Source: Octopus bimaculoides
Taxonomy: Eukaryota
DNA length: 36,171 nucleotides
Direction of reading: 5' to 3'
Assembly: GCF_001194135.2 (NCBI RefSeq)
Contig: NC_068991.1
Location: 51,788,333-51,824,503, forward strand
Below, in pieces: positions 11,604 to 24,134 of the stretch; position 1 is the first letter of the stretch; every line of letters starts with the position of its first letter. The translations under genes and the position numbers were made by a program. The notes below the pieces were generated by a model. The model worked only from the letters and a program-made list of their open reading frames with translations, searched no databases and had not been told where the DNA came from.

Positions 11604-11815
11604 ATGTGGCGAGCTGGCAGAATCGTTAGCACGCCGGGTAAATGCTTTGCGGCATTTAGTCCATCTTAACGTTCTGACTTCAAATGCCACCGCGGTCGAC
11701 TTTGCCTTTCATCCTTTCGGAGTTAATAAAATAAGTACCAGTTGAGCATTGGAGTCGATGTAATTGGCTTATCCCTCCCGTTAAATTGTTGGCCTTATGC
11801 CAAAATTCGATATCA
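11604..11815 (+). mobile_element. SINE family A
   Basis: GGCGAGCTGGCAGAATCGTTAGCACGCCGGG...GTCGACTTTGCCTTTCATCCTTTCGG...GGCCTTATGCCAAAATT. Confidence 0.9.
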
Positions 11816-11819
11816 ATGA

Positions 11820-12022
11820 AGACGGTGAACTGGCAGAGAAGTGATAGCACGTCGAGAAAAACGCTCAGCGTCTTTACGTTCGGAGTTGAAATTTCCTTAG
11901 GTCGACTTTGCTTTTTATCGTTTCGGGGTCAATGAAAATAGTACCAGTCAAGCACTGGGGTCGATGTAATCGACTATCCCCTTCCCGAAAAAATTTCAGG
12001 CCTTGTGCCTATAGCAGAAAAG
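11820..12022 (+). mobile_element. SINE family A, tandem second copy ending in (ATT)n
   Basis: GGTGAACTGGCAGA...GTCGACTTTGC...GCCTTGTGCCTATAGCAGAAAAGATT, running directly into an (ATT)n tract to about 12091. Confidence 0.85.
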
Positions 12023-12093
<71 letters not shown>

Positions 12094-12429
12094 CTACAAA
12101 CTTGAGGTGGTAAGTAGAATCAATTGGTTGACCTTTCAGCAATCCATCAACAGATAACCAAGCAAGCAAGCAACCAACCATATTGATCGAAAGGGTGTAG
12201 TCGGTTACATTGACCTTCAACACTAGACTGGTTCATTCTTCATCTCACTTGGAAAGATAAAAGACAGATTGGAACTCGATGGGACTTGATTCCAGGAGGG
12301 AAAAGGCTTAAAATATTTTGCTGCAAAGTATATAGTCCGAAGCTTTGACGATTCACAAACACATGCACGCGCGCACACCCAAACACACACACACACACAC
12401 ACACACACATTCACACACATACTTATTGT

Positions 12430-13330
12430 ACTCTCATAGGAAACTCTAATTTTGAGCAGAGCTCCTCGCGGTTCTATCCTGGTCCCATTGCTGTTCCTTG
12501 TAGCTTTCTGAGATATACCCTCAGACAGTGGCTGCCTTAACCATAACCCTAACTCACAGCACTTCTGATAATACGAATGTAATCAAAAACCCAGTTCATA
12601 TCACAAACCTACAGCAGGACCTAAAGGTAATATCTTCTTCAATTCCTAGCTGGCGACCGGAGTGGGAAGCTGTCCTCTCGATCAATACGTTGCTGTGGGT
12701 GTCACTGGATGACAGACTCTGGTGATGTTATTCCACCAAAGACGGTCCCAAACTCCGCCAATGATGGTACTAAACCCGACTGCAAAAGGAGGAGGGTGGT
12801 TGCCTTGCCGAGATAGCCAGAACCAGGAAACTGAGGAAAACAGGCAAGAAGCCGTATGGATAATACTGGACAAAGGCAATACACAAGAAGGCTGGAAAAA
12901 ACCCCAGCATGTAAGTCACTACTGGAAAGTTTCAAGCACTTCGCTGTCAACAGCGAATACATCACAATAAGAATGCACAGGACGAAGAATGATTGCATCC
13001 CAGACTCACAATTAGTCAATGATCTGCAGATCAATACAAATAATGATGCATCGCTTCACGAGTCAATTTCGAAGACGGCAACAATGTGAAAACGACTGCC
13101 AGGATCATTCAGAACAAAAGATTATGTTGGACCTGTAAAAAGACCTTTGTTCTCAATCGTTTGGATTATTGTTCTCAACTACGGTGATCACACTGTGTTA
13201 TATCCACGGTGTTACAATCCAGCGCTGCAGCACCAAGAAAATAGCTTCAATACAAATGACTGGAAGAGGCTGAAAGAACTGAAACTCTGCTTCTTGGAGC
13301 GAAGACAGATGAGATAAGCTTTACCATATA
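12430..13330 (+). mobile_element. Decayed LINE reverse transcriptase and C-terminus (CR1/L2-like)
   Basis: APRGSILVPLLFLV (PQG motif), SDNTNV..TNLQQDLKVI (FADD...LQ.DL), VNDLQI..DASLHESI, DWKRLKELKLCFLERR; many stops. Confidence 0.8.
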
Positions 13331-13694
13331 TGTGTGTGTGTGTGTGTGTGTATTTGTGTGTGTGGCGGGGTATGTGTGTGTGTGTGTTTGTGTGTGTGGC
13401 GGGGTATGTGTGTATGCATGTATGTATGTATGTAGGTATGTATGTATGTGTATATATATATGTGTATATATATATATATNNNNNNNNNNNNNNNNNNNNN
13501 NNNNNNNNNNNNNNNNNNNNNNNNNNNNNNNNNNNNNNNNNNNNNNNNNNNNNNNNNNNNNNNNNNNNNNNNNNNNNNNNNNNNNNNNNNNNNNNNNNNN
13601 NNNNNNNNNNNNNNNNNNNNNNNNNNNNNNNNNNNNNNNNNNNNNNNNNNNNNNNNNNNNNNNNNNNNNNNNNNNNNNNNNNNNNNNNTGTATA

Positions 13695-13835
13695 TTGTCA
13701 ACTCAATGTGACAATCCCAATAAGGGAATATACTACCGCTGTTTAGCCCTAGGAAGCTGGACCGCTTCCTGTCGGCCTTGACACAATTACTGTGTCCTTA
13801 TGTTTGCGAGGGGGAGACAAACTCCTCCACCCAGC
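13695..13835 (+). mobile_element. 3' continuation of the same LINE after a microsatellite and gap
   Basis: AGGAAGCTGGACCGCTTCCTGTCGGCC (RKLDRFLSA) and GAGACAAACTCCTCCACCCAG resemble the ORF2 end of this LINE group. Confidence 0.55.
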
Positions 13836-13838
13836 CCA

Positions 13839-13871
<33 letters not shown>

Positions 13872-14589
13872 TATATAAATATATTATGCATGTGTGTATG
13901 CACGTATGTATGTATGCATGTGTGTATGGGGGGAGTGTGTGTGTGCGCGCACGCGTGTGGGATGTGTGTGCGTTTGTGTGTGCGTATATGTGTGTGCGCG
14001 CGTGTGCTCGCGTGTGTATACATATATACGTATATGTATATATATGTATGTAACTATATATTTGTCTGTATCTATATATATATATATATGTATATGTATG
14101 TCTTTATATACATGTGTGAGATGCATGCACACAAGCGCGTGTGCATGTGCATGTCTGTATGTGTGCATGCCCCTGTGCGTGCAGGCGTGTGTGCGTGCGT
14201 GCGTGCGTGCGTAGATCGTGCCTGCATAGGTCGTCGAATCTCTATCGCCACCAAACTTTGCAATCCCCAAACCGGACTCCACTGCATAGTACCGATAGTC
14301 CTTCCCATCCGGAGCTACCACTGACTCGGTGCTACTAAAACAACTTCGGGCCGAAAGGCCCACAGCTTTTCAAAATCATGTCAAAATATCTGAGAGATGC
14401 AAATGAATTAGATGCGACTGGATTTAAATAATAATCGCTGGACATGATACGATCTCTAATACCAAACGAACGGAAAGTATACGGCAAGAAACCCAAGAGA
14501 AAGTAGCGGTGTGAAGCACCACAGAAGGAGATTTAAAGAAATAATAGCATTAATAACGGCGGTAACTCAGCATGGCCACAGTTTAAAAG

Positions 14590-15150
14590 AATGAAATAAA
14601 TACATACATACATGAAAATATAAACACACATATATACATATATACTCATATATATATGTACACATACAAATATACATACATGCACATATATATATATATA
14701 TACATCCATGCATACACATAATACATACACACATACATACAAACATATTTATGCATGCACACTCACCCATACTCACGCATATATATATGCACATATAAAT
14801 ACATGTGTGTGAGTATGCATCTATATATATTATATGTATACCAATAAGATATATACATATATATATATATATTAAATATATATATATGCACATGCATATA
14901 TTTATGCACAATGCACATACACAAATGTATACCTATGTATACATACATACATACATGCATACATACATATATATAAATGTATGCATATACATGGAAATGA
15001 ATATATGTATATGTGTATATGTATGTGTGTATTTACATGTATGCATGTATGTATGTATGTATGTATGTATGTATGTATGTATGTATGTATGTATGTGTGT
15101 GTGTGTGTGTATGTATGTATGAGTGTACGCGTGCGTGTCCTCGTGTGTGT
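14590..15150. repeat. Long degenerate TA/CA/TATG low-complexity tract
   Basis: Direct reading; a similar tract lies at 13840-14215. Confidence 0.9.
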
Positions 15151-15196
15151 ATGTAGATATATTTTCTAATACTGAATATCTTATTATTCTCTTATG

Positions 15197-15257
<61 letters not shown>

Positions 15258-15265
15258 TAATAATA
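15197..15265. repeat. (AAT)n microsatellite
   Basis: Direct reading; an (ATT)n tract also lies at 16489-16545. Confidence 0.95.
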
Positions 15266-16485
15266 ATCAATATTATTATTTTTTTTTGGTTTTCGTAGTT
15301 TGCTTGTTGTATTCTATGGAAGAAAGAGAGTTGGTTTCGGGGCAAAAGGCAAGTTATAAAGAATGATGACATCATTTACTCTAGCAATCAATGAATGCGT
15401 CTAGTTTAGCCAACTTATTCTACTGTTCTAAGGATCTCTGTAATATTGTTTGATTATTTGGTAGTGGGAAATCTCCTTCTAGTTTCTCTGTCTATATATA
15501 GATATTTATTTATGAATTCTCTCTCTCTCCACTATCAATGATCGACAACAGTTTTACCATCCTGATCTTTTCCACCAAGCAGTAAAATTCCCTTTCTCTT
15601 CTCTCATTCTCATCAGCCGTTCTGTCTTTTTCATTTTCCCCAACACCACTTCTTATCTCTGGAGATTTTTACCTTTCTTTCTTTCTTTCTCTCTTTCTTT
15701 CTTCCTTTCTTTCTTTCTTTTTCTTTCTTTCTTTCTTCCCTCCCTCCATTCTTTTCTTTTGTTTCCTCGTCGATACTACTTTTCTCTTTCCATCTTCGTA
15801 CAAAACAACTCGCTACTACCAATATTGTTCGCTACTCGCAAAATAGAAAGAGCAGGTAAGAAGAGACGAGAAAGGATAGCAATCGGATAGAGTAAGAGGA
15901 AAAAAGGAAACAATGACACACGGAGAAAGAAAAACTACATCTGCGAGAATGTGTCACATCAAGGTGACGGCGACAGCAGCAGAGACAGATAGATAGAGAG
16001 GGAGATAGATTAGAAGAACAGAATAGAAACAGGAGATGATGGAGGTGATGAAGTGTGCAGGATCAGATATCACCGAACTACACAGTACCATATGTTTCGC
16101 TGAAACAAGCAGAGAAAGCTTATATTTTGTGTTTGTTTCATTGAATTGAGATACAATGAGTGTAACAACTAAGAATCATTCTAAAAATAATTAAATTTTT
16201 TAAATCTGCGAAAGAGAAAAACTGCGTGTTGCTTAAGGCGTCCACGCAAACCAAACGGCAAGATGATGGTTTATCAAGATACAACATGGACAGCGAAACT
16301 TTCTCTCTTCATTTCATTGACTGCTCACTTCTGTCAGTTCTTCTCAACATAGAAAATACTTAGAGCTGTTTACAATTTTTTATTTAAACTTGAATGAATA
16401 ATAATCGATTTATTGAATTCCTCACTTAACACCTCCACTCGCACATACTTAACATACAGAAATAAAATAAAAAAATTGTTGATTG

Positions 16486-16546
<61 letters not shown>

Positions 16547-16761
16547 TTTCTTTTGTGGGATTTTATTCTCCCAGGAATGACAGATAAAATGATAATGAAA
16601 GATGCCGATTGATTTTCAATTCGCAAACAAATGGAAAGCCTTTTCCATGTTTTCGTTGCAGTACTTAGCGAAAACAGATGTGTTTATGGTGATACAATCA
16701 AGCAAACTGATGCTTGTATGTAGATATATACAACTTGTTAGAATCGGTAACAGGTACCTAC

Positions 16762-16813
16762 CTTGAACTTGGCCGTAAACCTCAAAATCCACGGAAAGCA
16801 GACTGCCTGCCAT
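16762..16813 (-). CDS. ACYP: Acylphosphatase, first coding exon
   Basis: ATG at 16813; MAGSLLSVDFEVYGQVQ+G matches the acylphosphatase N-terminus (L.SVDYEVFGRVQG) and ends at a phase-1 donor CAAG|GTAGGT at 16762/16761. Confidence 0.9.
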
Positions 16814-17170
16814 GACTCCAGTTAAGCGAATACACCTTACATTTCTGTCGAGCAGCGACAAGGCCCGCTTAAAGATGAGAGATGCTGTTGTAATATAGTA
16901 AGTTAGCGCGAAATAATTCGTATGTTTGTTTGATGTGCGCGGATGGTTTAATCGGCAAGCCAATGGCAAGACGAGGGTTCGACCAACTGCTGGCTTCAGA
17001 GGTGGGCGTCGTCTAGGGGACACTACTCTCAGCGTTCAAAACTATTGGCCAACGACAACACAACGTCCCAGAAACGTCGCCGACGAACTTTGTGTGGGAG
17101 GCTCCCACCTTAGCTGACCATATGTTGGCAATCATATAAACCGTTCTGATGCCGTTGCCGCTTCTAAACG
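16814..17170 (-). promoter_or_regulatory. Probable 5' UTR and promoter of the acylphosphatase gene
   Basis: CpG-rich unique sequence directly upstream of the ATG; CCAAT 16960-16964 and ATTGG 17044-17048. Confidence 0.55.
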
Positions 17171-17484
17171 CAAATCATTGATTTTGCTTCTTTTAATCTA
17201 GTTAACAATAATTCGTTTTGAAACCATTCTTTAGATGTGATATTTCTACGGATGAATCTGAGAAGTAGATAGACGGCTACCCGACACCTAAATGGGCTTT
17301 TATACATAAAGTTTATTGATTTCATATACATACATACATACATACATACATACATACATGCATACATACATACGTGTATGTATGTGTGTGTGTATGTATG
17401 TATATATATACATGTATATACATATATGTTTTTATATATATATATATATATATACATATATATACATATATATATATATACATA

Positions 17485-17528
<44 letters not shown>

Positions 17529-18527
17529 TATGTATTTATATATATATGCATATATTCACAAATACACATATGCATATATACGTATGTCTANNNNNNNNNN
17601 NNNNNNNNNNNNNNNNNNNNNNNNNNNNNNNNNNNNNNNNNNNNNNNNNNNNNNNNNNNNNNNNNNNNNNNNNNNNNNNNNNNNNNNNNNNNNNNNNNNN
17701 NNNNNNNNNNNNNNNNNNNNNNNNNNNNNNNNNNNNNNNNNNNNNNNNNNNNNNNNNNNNNNNNNNNNNNNNNNNNNNNNNNNNNNNNNNNNNNNNNNNN
17801 NNNNNNNNNNNNNNNNNNNNNNNNNNNNNNNNNNNNNNNNNNNNNNNNNNNNNNNNNNNNNNNNNNNNNNNNNNNNNNNNNNNNNNNNNNNNNNNNNNNN
17901 NNNNNNNNNNNNNNNNNNNNNNNNNNNNNNNNNNNNNNNNNNNNNNNNNNNNNNNNNNNNNNNNNNNNNNNNNNNNNNNNNNNNNNNNNNNNNNNNNNNN
18001 NNNNNNNNNNNNNNNNNNNNNNNNNNNNNNNNNNNNNNNNNNNNNNNNNNNNNNNNNNNNNNNNNNNNNNNNNNNNNNNNNNNNNNNNNNNNNNNNNNNN
18101 NNNNNNNNNNNNNNNNNNNNNNNNNNNNNNNNNNNNNNNNNNNNNNNNNNNNNNNNNNNNNNNNNNNNNNNNNNNNNNNNNNNNNNNNNNNNNNNNNNNN
18201 NNNNNNNNNNNNNNNNNNNNNNNNNNNNNNNNNNNNNNNNNNNNNNNNNNNNNNNNNNNNNNNNNNNNNNNNNNNNNNNNNNNNNNNNNNNNNNNNNNNN
18301 NNNNNNNNNNNNNNNNNNNNNNNNNNNNNNNNNNNNNNNNNNNNNNNNNNNNNNNNNNNNNNNNNNNNNNNNNNNNNNNNNNNNNNNNNNNNNNNNNNNN
18401 NNNNNNNNNNNNNNNNNNNNNNNNNNNNNNNNNNNNNNNNNNNNNNNNNNNNNNNNNNNNNNNNNNNNNNNNNNNNNNNNNNNNNNNNNNNNNNNNNNNN
18501 NNNNNNNNNNNNNNNNNNNNNNNNNNN

Positions 18528-18611
<84 letters not shown>

Positions 18612-19043
18612 TGTATGTATAGGTTTTACATTGCGTGATATTCTGTTTAGCTGACTTTCAAGTGTCTATTATTTATTTATTTGTTCTTTTAGTTTGTTCT
18701 GGTATATTACTGACACAAAAATATTATATATAGGGAATAGATAGGTGTCTTATAATTCTGTGGACCAGTATTACTGAACATAAATATGAATGAGAAATCA
18801 ATAAAGGGAAATAAATTATTTTACAACAAAATAATCAACAAATCATAAATGTCTATAATTATGGAAGAATTGGTTGTACTTGTTACCCTTCATAAATTCG
18901 ACTTTCTTTTAGTTTATTACATGTATGCAGCACGTATGTATATGAGGCATATTTAATACAAAACCACATTAAAATACAAATCCAATACCAGAGAAAACAC
19001 AAGCATGAGCGAAGAAAGAAACAAAGAAAAAGAGGGAAAAGAA

Positions 19044-19080
<37 letters not shown>

Positions 19081-19962
19081 AAACGTCAATTCAACACTAA
19101 GTGCATCAATTGGTCGCACACCACAAGGTTCAACGGAACCTACTGAAGCAAGCCAAACCGCTTGCTTGGAACAGCCAAGCACTCTCACGAGCATCACCTG
19201 ATACCTCTGTAAGGTGAGTTGACCACCGATACTTATTTTAATCGGCTGGTCGTAGACAAGGATGGAAAATAAAGACAAGGTGATGAGTTGTTACTGTTAC
19301 TGCTACACCAAGGGTGGTTGACAAGTGTCACATGACTACTTGTCCATATGGTCAGTTTCGTTTGTGAAGTTACTACCATTCTATCATCCTCTTCAGATCA
19401 AGTATCCGGACAACTGACGGTACATTTGAGATATTCTCAAAGTGGCGTTTCAAGTTTTTTTTACATCCCACAAAATAATTACTTTTTGAAACTTCGCAAT
19501 GAGACCAAGTTGTTCTATCATTCACATAATTCTTATTAATGCAATATTTTAACATTTCGAAAATGCTGATAGATTAAACAACGATAATACGGTGTTCTTT
19601 TTAATGTAGATCGTACAAACATATGCCACGAGCTCTAATTCCTCGTGTGTATTTCGTTGTTTCTTGCCTCGGGATTACAAATCAGATATTGTGCCTTTCA
19701 AATAAGGGGAAAACATTTAAGTACATACAATACTACGTGCTATGTAGTGACCATGACTGGAATGACTTCGATTCTTGGTCTCCTCGATTAAAATTGACTG
19801 GGTTAAGCAACAACTACAATAGCAATACTTTGTGGAAAGGTTACTTTACTCGGAGATTTATTTAACAAATTCTTCACACGGTAGAAAACCCAATGGACAT
19901 CAGAGATCTGTAATAACTTTCTTTTATAATATCTTATGAAGCAAAATAATAATAATAATAAT

Positions 19963-20182
19963 AGCGGTGAGCTTGCTGGCAGGACTGTCAGCACGCCGGG
20001 CAAAATGCTAAGTGATATTTCGTCCATCTTTATGTTTTGAGTTCAAATCCCGCTGAGGTCGACTTTGCTTTTCGTCTTTTACGGGTCAATAAAATAAGTA
20101 CCAGTTGAGCAATGGGGTCGATGTAATCGACTTCCCCTTTCCTTCAAAACCTGCTGGCTCTGTGCCAAATGTGAAACCATTG
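19963..20182 (+). mobile_element. SINE family A
   Basis: AGCGGTGAGCTTG...GAGTTCAAATCCC...GTCGACTTTGC...TGTGCCAAATGTGAAACC. Confidence 0.9.
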
Positions 20183-20583
20183 TTATATAAAGCAAACTGT
20201 TTATATAATTTATAAAGTAGTATACTTTGTGACAGGACTGATGTCTATCAATAAACTGGTTTGAAGCAATATAAACGAGGGAAAATAAGTTGGGATGTTA
20301 ATAAGTAGTGAGCTTGATATTTTAGTGGAGGGTCAAGTTGGAATGCTCCCCATAATTTGATAAATGGGTGAGATAGAAAGAAAAAGGGCTCAACAGGAAA
20401 TTGAAATATTTTCATGTTGAAGGAATAAAAAAATAATTGAAGAAATTATGGTGAATGGAAGGAGAAAATACAAGTATCTTTGATTTATCCAAAGAATTAA
20501 CGGCTTACGTAAATAAAAGTAGTTTCAACCAGTTCTGGAAGTTTCAGCTTGGTTACAGAATAAACAATAAGAAAGAATGATGA

Positions 20584-20778
20584 AATATTGATTTCAAATT
20601 TTGGCACGAGGCCAGCTAAGTTAATTAAATCGACCTCAGTACTCAACTAGTACTTATTTTATCGACCCTGAAAGGATGAAAGGCAAAATTAACCTCGGTG
20701 GAATTTGAACTTAGAGACGGACGAAATGCCGCTAAGCATTTTGCCCTGCGTGCTAATGATTCTGCCAGCTCACCGCCT
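20584..20778 (-). mobile_element. SINE family A (CAATATT-type tail variant)
   Basis: Reverse match to family A; direct repeat TGAAATATTGAT at 20581-20592 and 20787-20798. Confidence 0.9.
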
Positions 20779-21024
20779 TAAGATGTTGAAATATTGATAA
20801 ATTTTATAACTAGCAGTAGAAATAATGGTCACACCTACAGTAGTCCTACCATCAGCATCCTACCATTCACTCCGGATACACAAAGAAAATAGCAGTTGTG
20901 ACCAACGCTTGTTTAATTTTCAGAAGTAGCTCAATTTCCTTCATACTAACCATATAAACGAAATAAAATCTCCTGCAACCCATTAAAGCTCTTCGTCTTC
21001 CTTAACAATCTCCCTCTGCTACCC

Positions 21025-21124
<100 letters not shown>

Positions 21125-21129
21125 AAGCG

Positions 21130-21460
21130 CTAGAAACTTGTAGGTACATAGAGTAAGTCAAGCAAATTAGCTCAACCGAGAAACGAACATTTGTCACTTA
21201 CTTGAATCTACAAGAACAAACAACTACTCTACCACCTTTGAAAACACGCAAACACGCACACAGAATCATTGGCTGAATATGTATATAGTTGGCGGTTGAG
21301 AAGGAGAAGTATCCTATGATATTCATGCATTTGCAATTGCATTTGACTGAGTAGTGGTATAGCTTAAAGAGGGAACTCTAATACAGAACGTTGTATGTAA
21401 GATTACGCTACAATCCACGCCCGTATCGATAATCTTTTATAACGTTGGTGTGAATAAACA
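21130..21460 (+). mobile_element. Highly decayed Penelope-like element C-terminal remnant
   Basis: Frameshifted pieces YSTTFENTQTRT / ESLAEYVY / GEVSYDI parallel the C-terminal pattern at 26280-26990 and 35560-35810 (NH..TF....T.L..YIW....Y.I.W). Confidence 0.45.
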
Positions 21461-21765
21461 TTTTGAATAAGCAACAAGGAAGAACAAAATGGTCAATAAC
21501 TAATATTTATATTAAATTTGTGAGTGAGGAGAACAGGAGACTCGTTTAGGTTTTATTCTGGCCTCCTCAGCGAACCACAGTCACTTCGTCATTAACGAAA
21601 AAGTAATAAGCAAATGGCGAAGTCAATACATAAAATAGTATATTTAATGGCATAAACAAATAGAATATTTAAAATAAACCAAACGTATGAAAAAATATGT
21701 AAGTATGTGCGTGTATGTGTGTGTATGTGTGTGTATGTGTGTCGCCAGATAACTAGCTAGCTATC

Positions 21766-21781
21766 AACACACACACACACT

Positions 21782-21812
<31 letters not shown>

Positions 21813-21826
21813 ACAGACAGACAGAC

Positions 21827-21886
<60 letters not shown>
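21766..21886. repeat. Compound (CA)n/(GACA)n/(GATA)n microsatellite
   Basis: Direct reading. Confidence 0.95.
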
Positions 21887-21887
<1 letters not shown>

Positions 21888-21989
21888 TGTACTGTGGTCG
21901 TGGTCATCGTTGTCGTTGTATTCACCATCATCTTCATATAATCAACATATATCTGATTCTCCATGCTGGCATGGATCATATGAGTTACC

Positions 21990-23270
21990 TCAGCACATCG
22001 TCTCCCAACTTATTGCAGTTCTTGTGATCGTCTTCGTGGGATCTAACAAAAATCATATCTCACCACTCCCTTCGTTATATTTTTCTTTAGTAAGGTCCTT
22101 CCGTTTAAATCTCTTGACTCAGTATCCATTGTTACACATCATATATCCGTCTGTGCAAGTAAAATTTTCTGTGTGATACAATACAACTGATTCCTCTGAT
22201 ATCTCTTCTTTCACTCAGTGTTATCGCTTGTTCTGATGGCGAGGCGTGAAACGTTGACCTATAAGACATTGTTTAGCAAAGAACCAGCGGCGTTGTGTGG
22301 TCTGGGAATGGATACTGATGGTCACAAAAAAAGGCAGCAGCCAGATAATCCGACTGGAGTAGAGATGGCTATGGTCTGGTAGATATTAGGTTTTAAAACG
22401 TGAAAAAGAGATCGAAGGTGTTGGAAATGTCTGTGTGTTGGTCAGAGGTTCATTTAGAGGATGAAACTATTTAATGTAAAGATTTGACAATTGCTAAATA
22501 CTCAGTTTCTGCATGACAGTCTTGAGACCCAAGACAGATGTATGCATCGAAGTCTCCGTGAGCGATGACTTCGATTGGGTTTGAACTGGAACAAATATTC
22601 TCAATGCAAGAATAAACCTGATTGTAATAATATCCTTGTGCTTTCGAAAGAGACATGATTATCATATCACCATTGAAGGGTGTTAGCGAGGTTGTTGTTC
22701 AAGGAGCTAGTGAAGGTTTGGAGTAAGATGCAATAGATATTGTTGTATGATATCTGCATAGAGTTTGCTTAGGGTGAAGTAGAGAGTGAAATCATTTTCA
22801 CAAGAGTGGATGTTGTTAGAAGTGATAACAAAGAAGATCGTTAAGGCACAAAAGGAAGTGTGGTGGACATAACCAAACAACCATAGTTGATTGTGTATAA
22901 GTCAGAGAGATTCATGTCAACGTACACTACAATAATGTGATCTGACAAAAAACTTCCAATCCAAGAGATGAGCAATGTCGGTGGACAGCTTAGCCAGGAG
23001 ATTCTCATTACAGACATAGTCAAAGGCTTTACTGATGTTAAGTGCAATCACCGAAATTCTGACGGGGAGAGACCACTCATACATGACATAGAGGCAGGTC
23101 TCCAGTAGATCTTATTCTACGAAAACCATACTGGTGGCCAAAGGGGAAGGAGAGCAATTGAAGATGAAGTGGGTGATCAAAAGTTGCTTTTGTTTCCTAT
23201 GAAATGTTGCACGGGAAGAAATAGCAATACCACAGATAGAGATCAACAAAAGAATTGGAAAAACATACTC
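21990..23270 (-). mobile_element. Decayed LINE reverse transcriptase (CR1/L2/Jockey-type)
   Basis: HQYGFRRIRSTGDL, VIALNISKAFD, PPTLLISWIGSFLSDHIIVVYVD..SDLYTIN, SSLNNNLANTLQW, and a downstream KLG..LEY-type region; many stops and frameshifts. Confidence 0.8.
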
Positions 23271-23344
23271 AACACTAATCACGCCACCAACGAGAGTCTG
23301 AAAGAGCGTTAAGCTAAAAGTTAGATAATGATATATCCCAAAGC

Positions 23345-24000
23345 AGAGGCTGACAAAGTATGAGTCCTGAGCACACTACTTTATAGCAGTGAGGCTTGAA
23401 TTTTCTACTCCAGACAAGTGTGATGTCTCAAAACCTTTCTCCTATGAAACCTGAGAAGGGATACTTAATCGATTAATCGATTCACTGGCAAGGAAGGTAG
23501 AACCCGCACCAAGATACCCAACCTCTTCATGTTATTCCGACAATGAGAGAGCTAAACAATGACACCTCAGCTGATTGCACTATGTACACCACATGTCAGA
23601 GGAGAGGATCCCAAAAGATCTACTGAATAGGGAGTTGGTATATGGCAAGAGAAGACACGGTCGAATCCGCCTTTAAAGAAACGTTGAAAAGTGGAAATAT
23701 ATTGTTAGTAAACGCGCCTACTGGAAACTGAAACTACAAAGGGACTTAAAAAGACGGGGGAGGAGACTGATATTTGTTGTCGAAGAAAAACGTATCGGGT
23801 GAAAAAAAAGGGCACCTGGAACGCTCTGGCAAACAATGTCTCAAACGTAATCACTGCAACCAGGACTGTCATCTCATCGTGGACTGTCATCTCATCGTGG
23901 ACTGTCATCTCATCGTGGACTGTCATCTCATCGTGGAATGTCATCTCATTGTTTATTGTTAAATCAGACACTGTCTATCATCATGGCCTGAAATAAGACT
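23345..24000 (+). mobile_element. RTE-clade LINE 3' fragment
   Basis: VLSTLLYSSEA*IFYSRQ...IPKDLLNRELVYG..HGR.. and terminal NHCNQDCH match RTE/BovB ORF ends (VLSTLLYGSEAW, IPKDILYGEL, CNRDCHSRIGL). Confidence 0.8.
23863..23952 (+). repeat. 18-bp minisatellite, 5 copies
   Basis: GGACTGTCATCTCATCGT x4 identical plus GGAATGTCATCTCATTGT. Confidence 0.95.
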
Positions 24001-24134
24001 TCACAGGTGCAGATTCATTGTTTCGCGAACCAAAGGTATGCTTCCATATATCTACACATACGGACATGCGCGCGCACACACATGCATACATACATACATA
24101 CATTCGAAATACTTTATTCCTTTAATAATCCCTT

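Noticed and set aside
14348-14361. GGGCC-GAAA-GGCCC as hammerhead stem II
   Set aside because: No CUGANGA immediately before it and no GAAA after it.
16616-16761. Read-through of the ORF past VQG (RYLLPILTS...VFAKYCNEN) as ACYP coding sequence
   Set aside because: Similarity stops exactly at the donor site and the catalytic FR motif is absent; this is intron.
508-17012. CAGAGGTGGGCRTCGT match between 508-523 (minus) and 16997-17012 (plus) as a TIR pair
   Set aside because: The motifs face outward so cannot bound one element, and the second lacks the subterminal TTAAC repeats.
19080-19220. Plus-strand exon ending at AAG|GTGAGT
   Set aside because: Stops in the candidate frames, no acceptor, and the downstream sequence resembles degenerate SINE core.
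21530-21575. Minus-strand CTGAGGAGG...CCTAAACGAGTC hammerhead-like string
   Set aside because: Lacks the G of GAAA, stem III is incomplete and stem I does not pair.
23863-23952. 18-bp repeats as a CRISPR array
   Set aside because: Head-to-tail copies with no spacers, no cas genes, eukaryotic context.
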